From Eledone cirrhosa (taxonomy: Eukaryota), in contig OZ024742.1 in assembly GCA_964016885.1 (NCBI GenBank), positions 158,658,001 to 158,722,000 of the forward strand: a stretch of 64,000 nucleotides of DNA. The letters run 5' to 3'. The notes beneath the pieces were generated by a model. That model was not told where the DNA came from and ran no database searches. It was given only the letters and a program-made list of their open reading frames with translations. The position numbers and the translations under genes are program-made. This document shows positions 52,645-64,000 of the stretch, one piece after another; within the stretch, counting starts at the first letter, position 1; every line of letters begins with the position of its first letter.

Positions 52645-53620
52645 GAAGACTCTGCAGAATTAACATCGAAGATGTCACCCATTTCATAAGCTGTTGTCCA
52701 AAGATGTCATCACGGTTCTATCTAATTATGAAGCATGATGTAGAGGTCAAAACACTATACAATATGCGTCCGTAGAAAAGATAGCTCCGACAATAAACAT
52801 ATTAAAGGTTATAGCAATGTGAACGACATACACATACATATGAAAGAGTGCAGGTAGAATGTTCCAGTCAAAACCCCAATAAAATGAAAACATAACAGAC
52901 CAGATATAATGATATGGGACTTGGAAAAGAAGGTATGCAAAGTTGTGCTTTGAAGGGTTTTTAAGTGGGGAAAGGCCTTGCACTCGACCAATCCCACTAT
53001 CTGAGAATTGAAAACACTACCCGAAAAGGAGAACTGGTCATCATCATCGGATGCTTCCGAAGCCACAGGTTTTTTTCAGAGTTTCCCTCTCCTGTTGGGA
53101 GAATTAACATCGAAGATGTCACCCACGTCATAAGCAGCTGTCCAAAGATGTAATCACGGTACTATCTACTTATTTAGGCATGATGTAGTGGCCAAAACAC
53201 TGTACAATGCAATCCGTAGAAACAATAGCCCTGACAATAAACATATTAAAAGCTACAGCAATGTGAAAGACATACACATACATAATATGAAAGAGTACTG
53301 GTGGAATGTTCCAGTAAAAACCCCAATAAGATGCAAACATAACAGACCAGATATAATTATATGGGACAGTGAAAAGAGGGTATGCAGAGTAGTGGAAATT
53401 AGCTGCCCAGCAGATGCCAATATAATATCAAAGATCAGCGAAAAGGAGAATATTTATGCAGAACTAATGAGAAATCTACAGATAGTAACTGCCTCAGTAC
53501 AAATATTGAGAAGCTAGGCTTCACAGAAACAGAAAGAACACGACTGGTTAGGAAATTACAAGTACAATCCATTAATGGAACAGTAGAAATATGTAAAACA
53601 TTCCAAAACTTCTGCATCGA
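52645..53620 (+). mobile_element. Two partial tandem R4-like ZnF/RLE fragments
   Basis: EDVTHVISSC, RHDVVAK, WWNVPVKT, HNRPDIIIWD..VVEISCP..EKENIY, LQVQSINGTVEICKTF. Repeated starts at ~52657 and ~53100. Confidence 0.8.
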
Positions 53621-54359
53621 ATAACTGCATATATACATATGTACAGATACAAAGCATATGCACATGCGCACATATAACTCAAAACATACACATCCAGACA
53701 TACATTAACATCCATACGCGCACACACATACATGCCTGCAGACATGCATACATATCTAATGATGTTGTTTAAATTCCAATGATAGTCTTGTAGCTATGTT
53801 AGAAACCGACTCTCCTTCTATTGGTAAAAATTTATAAAATAATAAAACCAGTACAAACATATATATGTGTGTGTGTGTATCCATTATGCTCGTTTCGCAC
53901 TCTGTAATAGATGTTTCTCAACTATTCTAGTCCCATGCTACTACAAGATGGCCTTATACGTGATGGCTAAAGCAAACTAGAGAAATAAACAACTAAACTG
54001 ATTCAACGCAGATATTCAAAATGACGTTTATTAAAGTCTGTATTATACTACTATCTCTATCTCAGCAGTAATAGATGTCAATTCACTTCACAGCTCTGTT
54101 TAAATTCGTATGAACCTGACATTTTACTATACCTTTTTTCTTCTATCAATTTTAACAATATTCGGATGATTCTGTTGTATAATGTAACCTGTCTGTGCAT
54201 ATTTGTAATTTTGTTACCTTCTTTATAAACGTTTGTGCATATAATTCTTTAAATAAATGTTAACTTTTGTAGGTAACATCAAACTTTTCTCTTCATTTAA
54301 ACTCCAAGCGATTTCTTCCAGGGAAGGAATGGCTGAGAACGAAGTCTATATGAAAGTGA

Positions 54360-54950
54360 TCTATGAGAAGAATCGACCCCAGTGCTGAACTGGTACTTCA
54401 TTTATCGACCTCTAAGAGATGTAAGACATAAGTTACCCCGGAGGCATTTGCACTAAGAACAAAGAGAGACGGAATGAATGCTGCAAAGCATTTTATCCGA
54501 CGTTATTGTCGTGTTAATCATATTTAGACTTCCACAACTTTTAAGTGCACTGAAATGTTTTTTGTTTTTGTTTTTGTTTTTGTTTTTGTTTTTGTGTGAC
54601 GTTATATTTTTACTCTTTAGTTAGGGGAGAAGAATAGTACCCCTGAACTTGATGGAAGGGATGGAAAGAGAGTAAGATATTCTGAAGCCGGAAACCTGGT
54701 CTGATTGCTTGCAATATTGAGGTCTCCACTAAAGACATGCAGGGAGCAGCTGGTGGTGTTAAACTAGAAGACAGATCAAGCCAACCTATGTAAGCCACTG
54801 TGGAATATGGACTGTAAGAATTGCAAAATATCTACTCCAGCCATCTAACAATTCTGCTAATCTACCGCTTCAGAATGACACCTTATTTTATCAATCGCGA
54901 AAGAATGAAAGACAAAGATGGCTTGGTTGAGATTTGAAACTGCATCGCAG
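54360..54950 (-). mobile_element. Two decayed Nin/Deu SINE remnants (54360-54500 and 54840-54950)
   Basis: CTGGTACTTCATTTATCGACC and TTATTTTATCAATCGCGAAAGAATGAAAGACAAAG match the SINE core. Confidence 0.55.
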
Positions 54951-54999
54951 ACAGATAGTACCACAAGACAGCCAATACCTCATTTTGTACTAAGATCTA

Positions 55000-55242
55000 A
55001 CAAGTTGTTAGAATGTTTAAAGAAAGAAACGCAGGACGAATCTTACTGGTAAACCCAACAACCAATAAATCCAGAAGTAAACCATGATAAAATGGTTGGA
55101 TAACATACATGTACTATGTTGGTCTCGCTTAGAGATCCAATCGGATCATTTGTTTCCGATAGGACCCTCTGGAAATCATGTCAGACGAGTCAGCCCCCAG
55201 ATACCAATCAAAAATATATGGAAGAAGAAGAAGAAGAAGAAG
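55000..55242 (+). mobile_element. Probable LINE 3' end with (GAA)n tail
   Basis: IQK---IK.L-like C-terminal remnant, then a short UTR ending in (GAA)7. Confidence 0.4.
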
Positions 55243-57151
55243 AAATCACGTCAAAAAGCACATATGCGCAATTTCTCGAATATATATATATCATGCATAT
55301 GCGTACAGGTCAGCAGGTCAATAGAAGAACCTCTAGTTTATCTCTTCACCTGCTAGGAATAGGAGTCAAATATGTCTCATGTCACAAACTTTTTACCGGC
55401 TTAAAAAGGGAGAGAACACACTAAATACGAGACATTTTTTATAAATATTCGCTGGAACACAACAGAGTAAAAACGACGATGTAAACAGTAGGCTATCGTT
55501 TCACACCCAATTATACACCGGAAAAAGGAAATAAATTTTTCTTGGCGGAGGTTAGTCTAAAAGGAATATGTTTATATCTGTAATGAAGAGTTTAATTTAA
55601 GTGCCCTTTAAGGTGAACTCTGTTCTAAGGTTAAATAATTATTTTCAGTATTTGTACTATGATATTTTTATTTTTCACGAAATTTTCCATTAGCTTGGTT
55701 TATAACTTTTGGTTTATTACTATTTGTATCTTTTTGCTTAGTTGTTTCTCTTCTTTGTGAAACATAAATAAACAGCTTTTTAATGATTCATATCACGTAG
55801 AGCTTGCGGCATATTCAAAACACATCCCGTGCTGGATTTTAATGTCCTGTGCAGCAATATTTAACAGTTATTTTATACATTTTAAGTAATCGGTTATTTA
55901 TTGGCACGTTTCGTTTAAAATAATAAATAACAAGTGCAGAAAATGTTATAACCGCCCGGTGTAACAAGGAATTAAATTAGAAAATGTAATGAAGAGGTGG
56001 ATGTGGGTATCTTGTAGCTATACTTTACTTCTTCTAGAGACTTCAACTATCAACCGTAGATTTTTATAGAACTTCAGCTGTCGAATTGATTATAAACAAC
56101 TGTAGGCTGTTCATTGTAAGATTCTAAGATTTCCCATTAGCAATTAATTTAATAGAATTTATATAAATTTTAATGAAGTGTCATCGAATTATGAGAGTTT
56201 CTCAAAAATAATTTCATTACTATAGTTTTAGCTATGTTTTTTTGTTTGTTAACATTCACTTTATATTTTCGATATTTATAATCGTTTGGAGACTAAACAT
56301 TAATGTTATATCGTATCATTGAAATGTTGAACTCTCAAGCTGTAAAACACACTTGAACATGCGAGACGAATAACAGAATATTCTTCCCTGTCTTGTAATT
56401 ATACTTTGGTGCAACAGTGAACTAGCCAAAAGAATGTCTTCCACATATAGAAAACTACATCTGTTTCTAGCAATCGGGTATAAGTTGGTAGCATTTACCA
56501 TACTTTTGCCAAAGGTTTTATGCGCCCACATAGTCGCTAGCAAACCCAGATACCCGCTCGACCCTGACTGTCTTGATCCAGCAGTAGAGGGGGGGAATGT
56601 ATCAGCACTGGGATGTTCCGTTCTATCCCGACACCGAAATGATCGAAAACAACGTGGACCTCGGTGGCGGTGGAAAAAATACCTAACGTGGTAAATTTAT
56701 AAAAAATCATCATCTGGGGTTCGATGAGGAATCGTTGTTTCGTGTTTTCAGCAAATCTGACCGCCAACTCTCTCGCAATCAACGTTTTTATTTCGTTTTT
56801 TTTTTTTGGCACCCTTGGAGTTTTCTTTGGTCGGGAATTTTTTTCTTTAGGATTTTACGAGTGTTTTCAAGGAGTCTGACGTCTAACTCCGAAGCGACTC
56901 GTTCTTTTAGAAACAGTGAGGGAGGAGGAACCTCGAAGTTGCGTTTTCGGATGTTTCTTTGGTAGTTGAGAATTTTTCCCCTAGGTTTTTCGTGTGTTTT
57001 CAACGAATCTGAACTCCAAATCCGTCGGAAAGTAACGTCAAAATGGGAAATGTAAGATCATATGCAATATATATATATATCTTCGATGATCACTATACAG
57101 CAGTTTGCCGTATACTCACGTACCTACATATATGTGTGTGTTTTAAGCATG

Positions 57152-57185
<34 letters not shown>

Positions 57186-57207
57186 CGATTGTGTGTGTGT
57201 GTGTGCG

Positions 57208-57523
57208 CCCTAACCAAAACCCTAGCCAACACCACGCTTGCCGCTCTAAGCTTCCCGCATTGGTTAACTGAAAAAACAGATAATTTCCAACGGCTTTAAA
57301 AGTCAGTTTCGTTCAAAACACATCTTTAAAACATCGTTTTATCTGACCTCTAAATCCTTCGAAAATAACTAGTTTTTTTTTTTAAAAAAGAAGGGAGGAC
57401 GAGACCCTCAAAGTTTTCTTGATAGTTGTGTAATTTTAACTAAACTGACTTTTAAAACCATTGGAAATTATTCATTTTTTAATTCGGAAGGTTGAGGCGG
57501 CTAGCTTTGGGTTGGGGTTAGGG
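57208..57523. mobile_element. MITE with ~100-bp imperfect TIRs
   Basis: Left arm CCCTAACC..GCCGC..ATAATTTCCAACGGCTTTAAAAGTCAGTTT; the reverse complement of the right arm reads CCCTAACC..GCCGC..ATAATTTCCAATGGTTTTAAAAGTCAGTTT. No clear TSD. Confidence 0.7.
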
Positions 57524-57718
57524 ACATCAGTCTGTCGGATGGATCACGTAATGGAATAATAGAATAATAGAATATATAATAGAATATATATATATATATA
57601 CTGTGTACATATATATATATAAATGAAGTAATTCCGCCGGAAAAGTCCAGGAAAAAAGAGTGCTCTATGTAGGTAACAGAGCTTAATAGTTATGTAATAA
57701 ACAACATAAGGCAATTAT

Positions 57719-57777
57719 TCCATTTACCAGTGGTTTCTTGAAAAGCAAAAATTTTTGCTTTCAATCCTCAGAATGAA
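57719..57777 (-). ncRNA. Type-I hammerhead ribozyme (family H1)
   Basis: TTCATT-CTGAGGA-TTGAAAGCAAAA/TTTTGCTTTTCAA-GAAA-CCACTGG-TA-AATGGA; GUA triplet. Confidence 0.88.
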
Positions 57778-57924
57778 AAAATCCTGGTCTCTTTATTGAA
57801 TTTGGATTTTAAAAACAAAAATGCAATCTATATGAAAGTGAGTCTGGAGAAAGAAGAAGGAAAGGAAAAATAAAATAAAACCACACATGCAAACATACAT
57901 ACAAACACACACGCACGCACACAA

Positions 57925-57991
<67 letters not shown>

Positions 57992-58122
57992 GATAAATCT
58001 ACCAAGAGTTTACGGTAGTGTCCAATCCGTATGAAGAACTCGATGTAATCCGGATATCATGGAAAGAAGAGATGCAATGAAAAATCACTTTCGGTGAAAG
58101 ATAAACGGAAAACAGAGTCAAG

Positions 58123-58456
58123 ATAAAATATTAAAAAAATAATGAATAAAACAATGAAGCAGTTCCTTATATTAAACAAAAAAAGTTCATTATTTAACGA
58201 TCGTTTCTAGGATATATATGTGTTAGAATTGGCATGCATATTCAACAGATCTATGTACAAATTTATACAAACTATCAAAATTAAATATACATACCAAACA
58301 CATATAGTTTGTATAATTTTGTATAAATTTGTACATAGATCTGTTGAATATGCATGCCAATTCTAACACATATATATCCTAGAAACGATCGTTAAATAAT
58401 GAACTTTTTTTGTTTAATATAAGGAACTGCTTCATTGTTTTATTCATTATTTTTTA

Positions 58457-58465
<9 letters not shown>
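58123..58465. repeat. Near-perfect foldback (~148-bp arms, ~45-nt loop)
   Basis: 58123-58271 is the reverse complement of 58317-58465. Confidence 0.92.
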
Positions 58466-58500
<35 letters not shown>

Positions 58501-58667
58501 CATACACTCACACATACACACACACATATATACACACATATGTGTATATAAATACACACATACACATACACACATACATACATACGCACATAAATATCAA
58601 CACATCCATACATACACATACATATATACAACCACACACACATATATACACACATATATATACACAG

Positions 58668-58740
<73 letters not shown>

Positions 58741-59118
58741 CACACACACATGCATACACAAACATAGCCATACACACATACATATAGATACATACATACA
58801 TGCAAACAATCATACCTATATACACACGTACATACATACACATACATAAATGCGTACATGTACATGTACAAAATTAGCATACGCAAATAAATATAAGAAA
58901 AAATATATATATATAAAAAAATAAAATAATAATAAAGATTATTATAGAGTTGACAGCGATACAAACGACTGGTAGATGAACAGACACGCGTGAAGTAAAT
59001 ACATACACACACTCTCACACATAAATATACATATACAAATACATAAACACATACATACACATACACAAATACATACACAAACACACACACGTATACAATT
59101 ATACACACACATATACAC

Positions 59119-59151
<33 letters not shown>

Positions 59152-59422
59152 AAAATACACACACACACACATACACACACATATATATGTATACATACAC
59201 ACACACACATACATACATAGCTATACAATTATACACATACAAATACGTACATATCATAAACACGCACAATCAAATACAAACACACACACACACATACATA
59301 TATATGTATACATATACATATATATATGTGTGTGTGTGTAAAACTCAATCTTAGATAATTCATATGAACCTTACATATACATATATATAGTAGTAAAGTA
59401 ATAAGCAACATAAGGCAATTAT

Positions 59423-59481
59423 TCCAATCACCAGTGGTTTCTTAAAAGCAAAAAAATGTTGCCTTCAATCGTCAGAATGAA
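59423..59481 (-). ncRNA. Degenerate H1 hammerhead (GUG triplet, probably inactive)
   Basis: TTCATT-CTGACGA-stem II-GAAA-CCACTGG-TG-ATTGGA. Confidence 0.6.
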
Positions 59482-59515
59482 AAAAAATCCGGTCTATCTA
59501 CATATACATATATAT

Positions 59516-59554
<39 letters not shown>

Positions 59555-59851
59555 TACACATACATACACATACATATTGGTATGTGAAGGGTAAGGCAAA
59601 AAGAATATATGGGGGGGGGACATAGGAAAAGGTGAAATATAAGGGGAGATAAGGGAGAAAGAAAATATACAAGGGTACAGAACGTAGATTCAGCAAAATA
59701 AAAAAAAACCGTAGCAGAAGTAAAGAGCAGGAAAGGAGTTCAAGGCGGTTTGGTTGTGCGTTTTTATGATATGTACGTATTTGTATGTGTATAATTGTAT
59801 AGCTATGTATGTATGTGTGTGTGTATGTATACATATATATGTGTGTGTGTG

Positions 59852-59892
<41 letters not shown>

Positions 59893-60280
59893 ATATGTGT
59901 GTGTATAATTGTATACGTGTGCGTGTTTGTGAATGTATTTGTGTATGTGTATGTATGTGTTTATGTATTTGTATATGTATATTTATGTGTGAGAGTGTGT
60001 GTATGTATTTACTTCACGCGTGTCTGTTCATCTACCAGTCGTTTGTATCGCTGTCAACTCTATAATAATCTTTATTATTATTTTATTTTATATATATATA
60101 TATTTTTTCTTATATTTATTTGCGTATGCTAATTTTGTACATGTACATGTACGCATTTATGTATGTGTATGTATGTACGTGTGTATATAGGTATGATTGT
60201 GTGCATGTATGTATGTATCTATATGTATGTGTGTATGGCTATGTTTGTGTATGTGTATGCATGTGTGTGTGTATATATAT

Positions 60281-60312
<32 letters not shown>

Positions 60313-60481
60313 TTATATTTCTGTGTATATATATGTGTGTATATATGTGTGTGTGGTTGTATATATGTATGTGTATGTATGGATGTGTTGATATTTATGT
60401 GCCTATGTATGTATGTGTGTATGTGTATGTGTGTATTTATATACACATATATGTGTGTATATATGTGTGTGTGTATGAGTG

Positions 60482-60534
<53 letters not shown>

Positions 60535-60683
60535 TTGTGTGCGTGTGTGTGTGTGTTTGTATGTATGTTTGCATGTGTGGTTTTATTTTATTTTTCCTTT
60601 CCTTCTTCTTTCTCCAGCCTCACTTTCATATAGATCGCATTTTTGTTTTTAAAATCCAAATTCAATAAACAGACCAGGATTTT

Positions 60684-60741
60684 TTCATTCTGAGGATTGA
60701 AAGCAAAATGTTTGGCTTTTAAGAAACCACTGGTAAATGGA
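60684..60741 (+). ncRNA. Type-I hammerhead ribozyme (H1)
   Basis: TTCATT-CTGAGGA-TTGAAAGC..GCTTTTAA-GAAA-CCACTGG-TA-AATGGA. Confidence 0.88.
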
Positions 60742-60885
60742 ATAATTGCCTTATGTTATTTATTACATAACTATATATATATATATACAAAATTAAGTTA
60801 AATTAAGGGTGTCATGTCAGATAGACATGCGCCATATCAGCCGTAAAATATGTTCCAAGATTCCAATGAATAGATCCGAGCATTT

Positions 60886-61055
60886 TATATCAACTAGAAA
60901 TTGATTGACATATAAATATATCTAAAATAAACATATGAAACAGTCACTAAAGTTACCTACATAGTTATGTGTGCTTACACACTTTTACAAATTATTCCCT
61001 GTGATTGTTTCATATGTTTATTTTAGATATATTTATATGTCAATCAATTTCTAGT

Positions 61056-61062
<7 letters not shown>
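60886..61062. repeat. Foldback with ~60-bp arms
   Basis: TATATCAACTAGAAATTGATTGAC...GAAACAGTCAC pairs with GTGATTGTTTC...CTAGTTGATATA. Confidence 0.85.
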
Positions 61063-61137
<75 letters not shown>

Positions 61138-61405
61138 GTGTGTGTGTATATTTGTTGATATATATATATATGTATATATATGTAAGTATGTATGTATGTA
61201 TACGTACATACATATATGTATACAGACGTACAGTAGTATGTATATATATACATACATGCACACATATATATATATGTACGTATCGGTTTACCGAACATTT
61301 ATTATAATGCTCGGTTTGTTCGTTTGTAAACAAACAAACAGCCCGAATTACGCCGTACAGTGATTAGGCAACAACGTCACCTTTTTGTTCAACACTGACA
61401 CAGGA

Positions 61406-61448
61406 ACGATGAACTAGTTTCAAGCTTATTAGCTATCGTCAGCATCGT
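61406..61448 (-). ncRNA. 43-nt minimal type-I hammerhead ribozyme (family H2)
   Basis: ACGATG-CTGACGA-tAGCT(aata)AGCTt-GAAA-CTAG-TT-CATCGT; palindromic stem III, GUU triplet. Confidence 0.85.
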
Positions 61449-62152
61449 ATGTACGGCGTAATTCGGGCTGTTTGTTTACAAACGAACAAACCGAGCATTA
61501 TAATAAATGTTCGGTAAACCGATACGTGCATATATATATATGTGTGTGCATGTATGTATATATATACATACTACTGTACGTATGTATACATATATATATA
61601 AGTAGGTATACATACATACATACTTACAATTAAGTAAGTGCCGTACTCAGAGTGAGAAATGAAATTTCGTTTCATTCTATTCCATTTATATATATATATA
61701 TATATATAAATGTATATATATATATATGAATGTATATATAGTGTATTTTGCAATACACTGTATGCTCAATTTAAAGCATTTCGAAGACCTTACGCTATTG
61801 TTTTAGAGTAGTGACAGTCTCACTTACTTTAAATGTTCTGCAAACAGGTGAGATAAAGCTGACAGAGCTCTATTTCGTACTTTTTGGTACTTATCAAAGC
61901 TAAGTACTCCACCTGTTTGCTGAAAATTCATGAATGTTTGATTCTTATAGTATTCTAGTAATAATCAGGAACTGATTATACAGAGCGGTTGCCGGTCAAG
62001 CAGAAATTGAAAATTAGAATTGGTGCTCTGAAATAGCGATATATATATATATTAATTTATATATATATATTTATATATATAAATGAAGTAATTCCGTCGG
62101 AAAAGTCCAGGAAAAAAGAGTGCTCTATGTAAGCAACAGAGCTTAATTATTA

Positions 62153-62325
62153 TTATGTAATAAACAACATAAGGCAATTATTCCATTTACCAGTGGTTTC
62201 TTAAAAGCAAAAGGTTTTGCTTTCAATCCTCAGAATCTTTCTGAGGATTGAAAGCAAAACCTTTTGCTTTTAAGAAACCACTGGTAAATGGAATAATTGC
62301 CTTATGTTGTTTATTACATAATAAT
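62153..62325. repeat. Palindrome made of two head-to-head H1 hammerheads (62182-62236 on -, 62238-62292 on +)
   Basis: ~85-bp arms meet at CAGAATCTTTCTG. Both catalytic cores are intact, but the 5' strand of stem I is clipped. Confidence 0.88.
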
Positions 62326-62625
62326 ATTTATATATATATATATATATATGGAAAAGAATGAAACGAAATTTCATTTCTCACTCTTAGTACGGCTGATACT
62401 TAAATGTAAGTATGTATACGTACATACATATATGTATACAGACGTACAGTAGTATGTATATATACACATACATGCACACATATATATATGTACGTATAGG
62501 TTTACCCAACATTTATTATAATGTTCGGTTTGTTTCACTCGATATGCAAATTAGGCTGCTCAGCCGTTAACATGCATAAGGAAAGTATATACTTTCAAAC
62601 GTTCAATCATCTGACAGGAAGGTAT

Positions 62626-62668
62626 ACGATGCTAACGATAGCTAATAAGCTTGAAACTAGTACATCGT
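62626..62668 (+). ncRNA. H2 hammerhead copy with a core mutation (CTAACGA)
   Basis: ACGATG-CTAACGA-TAGCTAATAAGCTT-GAAA-CTAG-TA-CATCGT. Confidence 0.65.
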
Positions 62669-62991
62669 TCCTGTGTCAGTGTTGAACAAAAAGGCGACGA
62701 TGGTTGCCGAACACTGTACGGTGTAATTCGGGCTGTTTGTTTACAAACAAACGGAACATTATAATAAATGTTCGGCAAACCCATACGTACATATATATAT
62801 GTGTGCATGTATGTATATATATGCATACTATTGTACATCTGTATACATATATGTATGTCCGTATACATACTTACATTTATATATATATATATATATATGT
62901 GTGTGTGCATGTATGTACATATATGCATACTACTGTACGTCTGTATACTTATATGTATGTACGTATACATACTTACATTTATATATATATA

Positions 62992-63768
62992 TTAATGCCT
63001 TCTTGTCCACCTTTTCAGTTTTGTCTGGCTTCTTAACACATTGTTTAGCTCTGGTTTTTAACTCTTGAGCACTTTGCTAGTATCATTTCTGATTTTTGCG
63101 TTTCGCTTCGCTTTTCCTGCCCGCCGAAATTCGATTCTCGCTGAATCTTTATTTGTATTAATCTCCCGTGTCTTACAATTAACTTTTTAATAATTTCTAT
63201 TGACAGGTTAATTGTATAAGTTTATTTTAAACTACTCGGTTGAGAACTTATTCGATTTGTGCTATTTATGCTATTTTTCGCATGATTTACACTAACTGAA
63301 TTACTTTGCTAAAGTCTGGGGTTATTCCCCTTGTGATTTCTACACGTGGTTTAACTTACCACCGTGCCATTCACTTATTTGGTACAGAGCGAAATACCTG
63401 TTGATAACGTGATATTCCTTGTTCGATCGTTATACACAAAGCTTATATTTTTAAGCAGACTGTATTTTGATTTAGGTGTTACAGAAACTCTACATCGGAT
63501 TTTAACAGCAATTCCGGGAGTCCAGGTCTGGTTGTCATTTATTTTTTATCATTTATTTTGTTTTGACCTGTTTAGCTTGATTTGGTTTTTGGCTTGGGTC
63601 GTTAATGCCTTCTTGACCACCTTTTCAGTTTTGTCTGGCTTCTTAACACATTGTTTAACTCTGGTTTTTAACTATTGATCACTTTGCCAGTATCATTTCT
63701 AATTTTTGCGTTTCGCTTCGCTTTTCCTGCCCGCCGAAATGCGGTTCTCGCTGAATCTTTATTTGTAT
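62992..63768. repeat. ~167-bp direct repeat with 610-bp period
   Basis: TTAATGCCTTCTTG...GAATCTTTATTTGTAT at 62992-63158 and 63602-63768. Confidence 0.85.
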
Positions 63769-64000
63769 ATATATATTGTAATTCTGTATTTTGTGTGTGG
63801 GGGTGGGGGGGTAAATTAGTCGAGATGTAACAAGCCATAAATTCTTAATATATTTTATTTTCAATTTACCGCCTAAGCACAATCCCGCCCGCCGGATGAT
63901 ATTTCATAGTCAAGTAACATTACGGATCCCAGCCTGCTACGTACACTAGGATACAGCAGTCGTGATCCGGGATAATATGTAGCTCTTTGGTTACTTTCTC

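Larger units (their letters stand above)
57690..60772. repeat. Large inverted duplication (left arm 57690-59270 with an insertion, right arm 59755-60772) of a hammerhead-bearing element
   Basis: 57690-57935 is the reverse complement of 60530-60772, and 58480-59270 is the reverse complement of 59755-60490. Confidence 0.85.

Noticed and set aside
56000-57003. DNA transposase remnant on the minus strand
   Set aside because: Only vague hAT/MULE-like words, with no catalytic motif or TIRs to support a call.

Overview
AT-rich, microsatellite-dense eukaryotic DNA. The SINE and LINE repertoire suggests a cephalopod (Octopus-like) genome, but this is inference. No intact host gene is visible; the window is mostly retroelements. 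(1) A ~22 kb array (25.3-47.0 kb) alternates Tx1/L1-group LINEs (APE endonuclease, + strand) with R4/Dong-clade LINEs (restriction-like endonuclease, - strand), joined at (ATT)n/(TAA)n tracts. (2) A related near full-length Tx1 copy sits in a (GATA)n tract, and older R4-like remnants abut (TAC)n, (CATA)n and (GAA)n. (3) tRNA-headed Nin/Deu-core SINEs have 3' tails that match the Tx1 3' end and TSDs that start with ATTAT. (4) Ten minimal type-I hammerhead ribozyme motifs in four sequence families (some mutated or clipped) lie in non-coding, foldback, Penelope-pLTR/retrozyme-like elements inside (TA)n tracts at 6.7-7.7 kb, 20.7 kb and 57.6-63 kb. (5) There is a hAT MITE with a perfect 8-bp TSD and a second long-TIR MITE. 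The least expected signals are a conserved ~65-70 nt GT-AG intron-like segment in the 5' leaders of several divergent LINE copies, a splice-donor consensus overlapping the Tx1 ORF1 stop codon, and R4/Dong copies with a Tx1-like leader plus an upstream basic low-complexity region. All calls come from reading the sequence by eye; no alignments or searches were run.
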